Assembly (NCBI GenBank): GCA_009914755.4
Contig: CP068257.2
Location: 28,608,001 to 28,672,000 of the forward strand
Direction of reading: 5' to 3'
DNA: 64,000 nt
DNA from: the human T2T-CHM13v2.0 reference genome, Homo sapiens
Part shown: one piece after another, positions 57,801 through 64,000 of the stretch
Position numbering within the stretch: the first letter of the stretch is position 1
How the letters are laid out: every line of letters begins with the position of its first letter
The notes under the pieces: generated by a model
What the model was told of the DNA's origin: nothing
Databases searched by the model: none
Seen by the model: the letters and a program-made list of their open reading frames with translations, nothing else
Translations under genes and position numbers: made by a program

Positions 57801-60800
57801 ACTATTAGCCATCACACACAGCAATCATGGCCAACATAGAATTGACTGAGCTGGTTTTCTAGATTGCTGTCACATGCTGCCTTTTTCAACTCAGCTTGTG
57901 GAAAAGGGCAAACCTTCCCCCACAGAGGAGAGACATTTCTTAGTTGAGGGTACATGAGTAGCTGAACTTTCTTGCTCAAAGCCTTTAAATCTCTCATGGC
58001 TCATTTATGCAAATTCAGTAATTAGATAAAGTCTTTTCCCTATTTGAGACAACAGGAAACTTCCACACTAGTGTTGAGTATATATCAGTTCCTGTGTATG
58101 CATATTCAACAGTCATATTTATATGAATCCCAATGATATTGGTAGCACTATAAATACCTTTTATGATCTTTGGATAAATTGGAAATCAAGTAAGTCAGGT
58201 TGTAATTATTTTTGTTGAGTGTCTTATAACTAGCAACATACTTCACCATCCTTGCCTTGAAGAGTGGAACATTTATTTTTAAAGTTTGGCCAACTGACCA
58301 TTAAATTTAAAAAATGGATACCAGAGGCAACATATCTTTCCTAATCCTGCAAAGAGATGTTCTCTAATGATTTAGGACCCTCAAACCAATTAAGTTCTCA
58401 CATACCCACAAAAGTTCAAGTGTCTTCATGATTCACGAGGACTTATCCTTTATATTTATCAATAGCCAACAATTGAATTGTGCTATTGTGTGAGTGGATT
58501 GATTAGCCATGGTTAGATCCCCATCATCAGATACCCATGACATAACTAACTGGGCATTACTGTACATAAGGCCTGTTTTTCCTTTTTTTGATTCAGTTAG
58601 TATACAAGTCTATATTTAGTGAAGTATATAATGCTGATTTACCTCCAATATACTATATTTTCAAGTACATGTATGGACAAAAATGCCACAAGCGTCAAAA
58701 GAATGGAAATGTTACTATCTTTCCCCTGAGGCTATAAAAACATAAAAACAAACAAACAAACAAAAACAACCGAATTATTTGTAGCTCCAACTGCCTTCTA
58801 AACCTCGGTCTACTTACAAGGAGGTTGATTTGTTATTTTGGGAACATGGGTTGGTGCAGATGTCTAAGTTTGGAAGTAAGATTTAGAGAGTGCTGAACTT
58901 TTTTACATTCGAGAATGAGAAGATTTTGGAGCTCCCAGAATTAATCCGAATGTGAGATAACTGGAGACAAAAGAACACAGGGGCTGAAAGAGTTATGCTA
59001 TATGCACTGTTATATGGCCCCACTATTTGAATAATCTTTAGAGTAACATTATTGATTCATTTCTTTTGGAAAATAGTAAAGGGCTATGTACAGCTTCTGG
59101 GTGGATGATGAGATAACTAACCAGAATAGAATCAGTTAACACTGGGCCATAATACCCAGGGAATTAGTAGAAATGGCAAGATGGCATAGGATTTCACAGA
59201 TCATGGAAATGGTAGGGATCAGAGTCAATTATAGCCAAGGATGAAAGGAGGACACAATTCTGCCTCATTTTCTAGCCCTATCTGTATTTCATATCATGAA
59301 ATTATAAAGCTAGGGGAGATCACAGTAAATCACTTGGTTTTCTCATTTTATTTAGAATTTGTTTCTCTTTATGTCATTAGGATAGTTTCTGTTTCTGCAT
59401 TTTGAAATTTATTAATATTCTCTTCTGCAGTGTCTAACCTTCTGTTAAAGCCATTTATTGTATTTTCCACCTCACTCATTTTAGTTTTTATCTCTGTAAT
59501 TGTGATTTGAGTCTTTGTTTATATCTTCCATTTCTCTAACATGAACAAAATTTTCTCTAGCTTCTTAAATATATAAATACAGTTATATTAATTGTTTGAA
59601 TGTCCTTTCCTAACAATTCTATCATCTGCATAATTTCTGATTAGTTGTGGTTGATTTTTTTTCTCCCTATTATAGGTCTTATTTCTCTGTTTATTTTCCC
59701 GCTTGTTAACTTTTGATTGAATGCCAGATATTATGATTTAACATTTTGTGTGTGTTGTATATTTTTGTATTCTTATAAAAACTCCTGTGATTTGTTCTGG
59801 AACACAGATAATTTACTCAGAAACAGCTTGATCCTTTTGAGTCTTGCTTGTAAGCATCATTAGGTAGAACTAAAGCAGCATTTAATATAGGATAATTTTA
59901 GCCCCAGGACTGAAAGAAAACCCTTCCTAGTTTTATACCAGTTTTCTACTCTGTCTGTTGAGAATATAAACTATTCTCAGCCATCTTTGGGCTCCAATTA
60001 TCTCTCTTCTAATTCTTTTGGGTGTCCCTACACTAAGCTTCATGCAGTGTACTGATGGTTATGACTCAGTGAAGGCTTTGATGTATCCTCTGTAGATCCC
60101 TGCAACCCTCTTTCTATTCAGTTCTCACAACTGTCTTTCATGGAATACCGTGATTTATTTGCCTATTATCCAAAGTCCTGAAAACCCATGTTTTAGATAT
60201 TTATCTAGTTACAGTATTACTTCAGATGGAAGAATAATCTTGTCTCTGCAACTCCATCTTGTCTGGAAGCAAGTCCAAATCATCTCGTTTGAATCTCTGT
60301 TTTCGTACAGATAAATATCCAATAAATAAAGAAAATCAATTTACCATAGTTTTTGAAAATAATTAAATACAGACTGCGTATTTTGTAGAGTCATAGAGAT
60401 AGTTTTTCTTACTCTAAAGATCTTGTTTGTGTTCAACAATCAACATTCCTATTTTATGTTAATCCACTGTCTTCACTTATGGTTGTTTTGAGTATGAAGA
60501 TCAGTTTCTTAGGATAGCTTTCAAGCAAAAGAAATAAGTTATGCTTCACTTTAGGCCAACAAGCCCCACTTCTTTATTCTCATATATATATAAAAGTTCT
60601 CAAGAAATTTCTTTGTTTTTTTTAATTGTCGTTATTGTTGTTGTTTTAGAAAAATAGGGAGCAATGTTCTACCAAGAGACTCTCAAAGGATGACTCTGGA
60701 AAGGAAAGTAATATCTCAGCTATCAAATATTTAATTCCCTACTAACGCAATCAAAAATGATATTGTCATTGCATAATTCTTCATATATATTGCATGGTCA

Positions 60801-62340
60801 GCTATGTCTTGGATGTAGCTTTTTCTCTTCTTTTTCATAAATATTTTTATTCAATGATATGTCAAACATGATATCATAATAATTACCAAAGTGGATAAAG
60901 CATTATGAAATATAAGTTTACTATGAAGAATATTTTGATGAGTCTTTAAGCAACACCTTCCTAAGGCCAAAGGCTCAATGAATCTGCAAGGGTTTGTGAT
61001 GTCTAAAACATTATCTCCTCACACGGAATATATACACATATATATATTCCTCACAAGAAATATACAGGATGAAACTAGAGATCTTCTTCTAGAAAAAAGG
61101 AGTGTTCAACAACAAAATGAAACAAAAGTATGAGGTTTGTTAAAAAGACACAAGAGCCAACTAATGTAGCTCTTAATGGTCAAAGCTGGAAAAATTTGAG
61201 CAAAAAAACCACAGGTAATATTAGATTATAACCTAATGTATTGTATTTATGCATTTATACTGATATAAATAAATAATTGTATAAACAGAAAGTAGAAGAG
61301 AATAAGCGAATATTCGAATGCAGAAGGACTCCAAGTAATATACACAGATACTCCTTAAGGAGGTAAAGAATGATTCCCACTTAATATGAACTGCACACAG
61401 TGGATTTCTTCCAAAAAATACAGTATGAAAAGGGGGGGAAAATGAGTAACTTCACAGCGGAATCTTGATGAACACTACTGCAGCAAAGTGATCGAGGTTA
61501 ACACCAATAGTGATTAGTCATGTTGATGGCATATGCTCTTGATGTGGAATTTTACCTCGCTGGTCTTTCTCCTGCAAACCTAGAATTCTATTCTAATCCT
61601 GAGAAAGATATCGGCCAAATCTACATTGGGAACAATCTGTAAAATTCCTGACTGACACTCTTTAAAAATGTCAAGGGCATCAAACACAAGGAATATCTGA
61701 GGAACTATCACAGACAAAAATAGCCTAAAGAGACATGACAATTAAACGTAATGTACTATCTCAAGTGGGATCCTAGAACATAAAAAAGACATTAGTTAAA
61801 AACTAAAGAAGTGTGAATGAAGTATGGACGTTAGTTCATAATAATAAATCAACATTGGTTCATTAATTGTGACAAATATGAATACCAATGCATGCTGTCA
61901 TTAATAGGAGAAACCAGGTGCAGGATATATGGAACTAGGTATTATCTTCATGACTTTTCTGCAAATATAAAACAGCTTAAAATAAAGAATTTATTTATAA
62001 TGCAAACAATAGGTTAAATTCTTTACTAATGAAAAATCAAAGAGATTTGTTTATTTTACATCTTCATCAGCTTATTCCAAAGCTACTGAGGCTTAACTTT
62101 TGTCAAATAAGCTAACATTTAATTATAATTCACATTTTGGTACCATTCAGGTACTATTTATAATGCACTTTCTCATATTTCACCTCATTTAATTTTTGTG
62201 ACAAGTGTCTGAGTCAGGAAGGCAGGTTTGTTTTACTGATGAGAAGATAAATTTAAAATTTTACTCAATTTATCCACGTCACAGAATTATTAACAAGCAC
62301 AGCTGAGATTATAAGTCAGCTCTTGTGATAGCTTACCTAG

Positions 62341-62643
<303 letters not shown>

Positions 62644-63731
62644 CTTACCTAGCATTTCTTTGTATCCCCCTTAAGAAAAACCATGCCATTGTTAAAAAGG
62701 AAAATATCTTTTCCTTTGACTATAGTCATAGAGCAAAAAGCATATTACTATGCTGTTTTTTGAATGCTATATAGCACTATTGTAGCCTATAAAACAATGA
62801 TGATAATATACTTTCCTAAGTGACTTCCTCATGTATAACTTTACTCTCCCTCTGGTAATAAGAACTGGGCAATTGATTGTACCTTTTTTTCTTCTACTTT
62901 ATTTCTCAGGAAATGAAGTAAAGACAATGGGCTTCATGGTGAGAAACTTTGTTATTACGGTCCTGACATATCACCAGGCAGTATTCAAGGGAAGAAGAAT
63001 TTAACATTTGTGACAGTTCAGTAGCTCTATTTCTGATGAATGAACAACAGCTGTAAATAGGCCTTTGGTAGGTGTTTTCAAAGTCTTTATGAGTTTTGGA
63101 GGCTATTTACTTAAAAAGCACACAATTTTCTAATTGTAACAGGTTATAGAAAACTAATACTTTACCAGAAAATCTAAATAGGCCTATTGTGACATCACTA
63201 TATACTAAATCACGTGACTAATTTACCAGTAAGAGTAAATAAAGCACTGAGGAAAATTTAACCCCCTGCACACATTGTATACTTCTCTATACATTGCATT
63301 TGTATTTTACCTCCTAGAATTCATACATTTTTTAGTAACTGGTACAATACATTAATTTTAGGACACCATCTTGTAAATAATGAGCACAATTTTTCTAGTT
63401 GCAGAAGAGTTGATGGAATTTCAACAGATATTAATTAATTATGAGGAATTTGCACATACATTTAATTCGAGAATCACTAACGGCTCTTCCACACCTATAT
63501 CCCACCATGTTTGCTTAGTAGTTTTATGCTTTTAATCACAGTGGTCACTTGAAAATTCATCAGCAAGATTACACAATTTTAATTACTTTCCATCTTTGAG
63601 AGCCATAAAAAGGTAGCATAAACCCTAAGTACAGTCTTAACTGGGACTCTGTGAACCACTGTTGAATGAGGTTTATTCCCTTCTAGACTTAGTCCCATGA
63701 AAGTCTCAAAATAAGGATTTGAGTGGGTTTA

Positions 63732-64000
<269 letters not shown>

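Noticed and set aside
57283-57997. Cluster of 60-70-aa minus-strand ORFs
   Set aside because: They are inside an L1M 3'UTR fragment and adjacent unique DNA. They are short and have no coding features.

Overview
This is human (primate) genomic DNA, not a prokaryotic locus: it is AT-rich and densely populated with Alu SINEs, L1 3' ends and MaLR/THE1 LTRs. It contains no operons, CRISPR arrays or tRNA/rRNA genes. The biology of interest sits in the distal half of the window. Two intronless, cysteine/serine-rich keratin-associated protein (KAP, hair-shaft matrix) genes lie on the minus strand, about 6.5 kb apart. Their proteins match what I recall of KRTAP24-1 (254 aa, 40039..40803) and KRTAP25-1 (102 aa, 47053..47361). 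This places the window at the proximal end of the chr21q22.11 KRTAP domain, with the first ~39 kb being repeat-filled intergenic DNA (probably CLDN8 to KRTAP24-1). A third KAP paralog at 55235..55693 (minus strand) is a pseudogene: it has lost its start codon (ATG to CTG), carries a compensating frameshift pair and in-frame stops, and has a promoter homologous to KRTAP24-1 interrupted by an insertion. Other content: a 5'-truncated RPL8 processed pseudogene (about 21.2-21.75 kb, minus strand); at least 20 Alu copies, several with clean target-site duplications, one with a twin-priming-like 5' inversion and one whose interior is complementary to its own flank; a solo ERV LTR with a 5-bp TSD; a local duplication carrying a shared Alu flank; and several microsatellites. 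The Hsmar1 MITE (MADE1) and other old transposons are also present. Coordinates of repeats are approximate (plus or minus about 10 bp) because they were read by eye.
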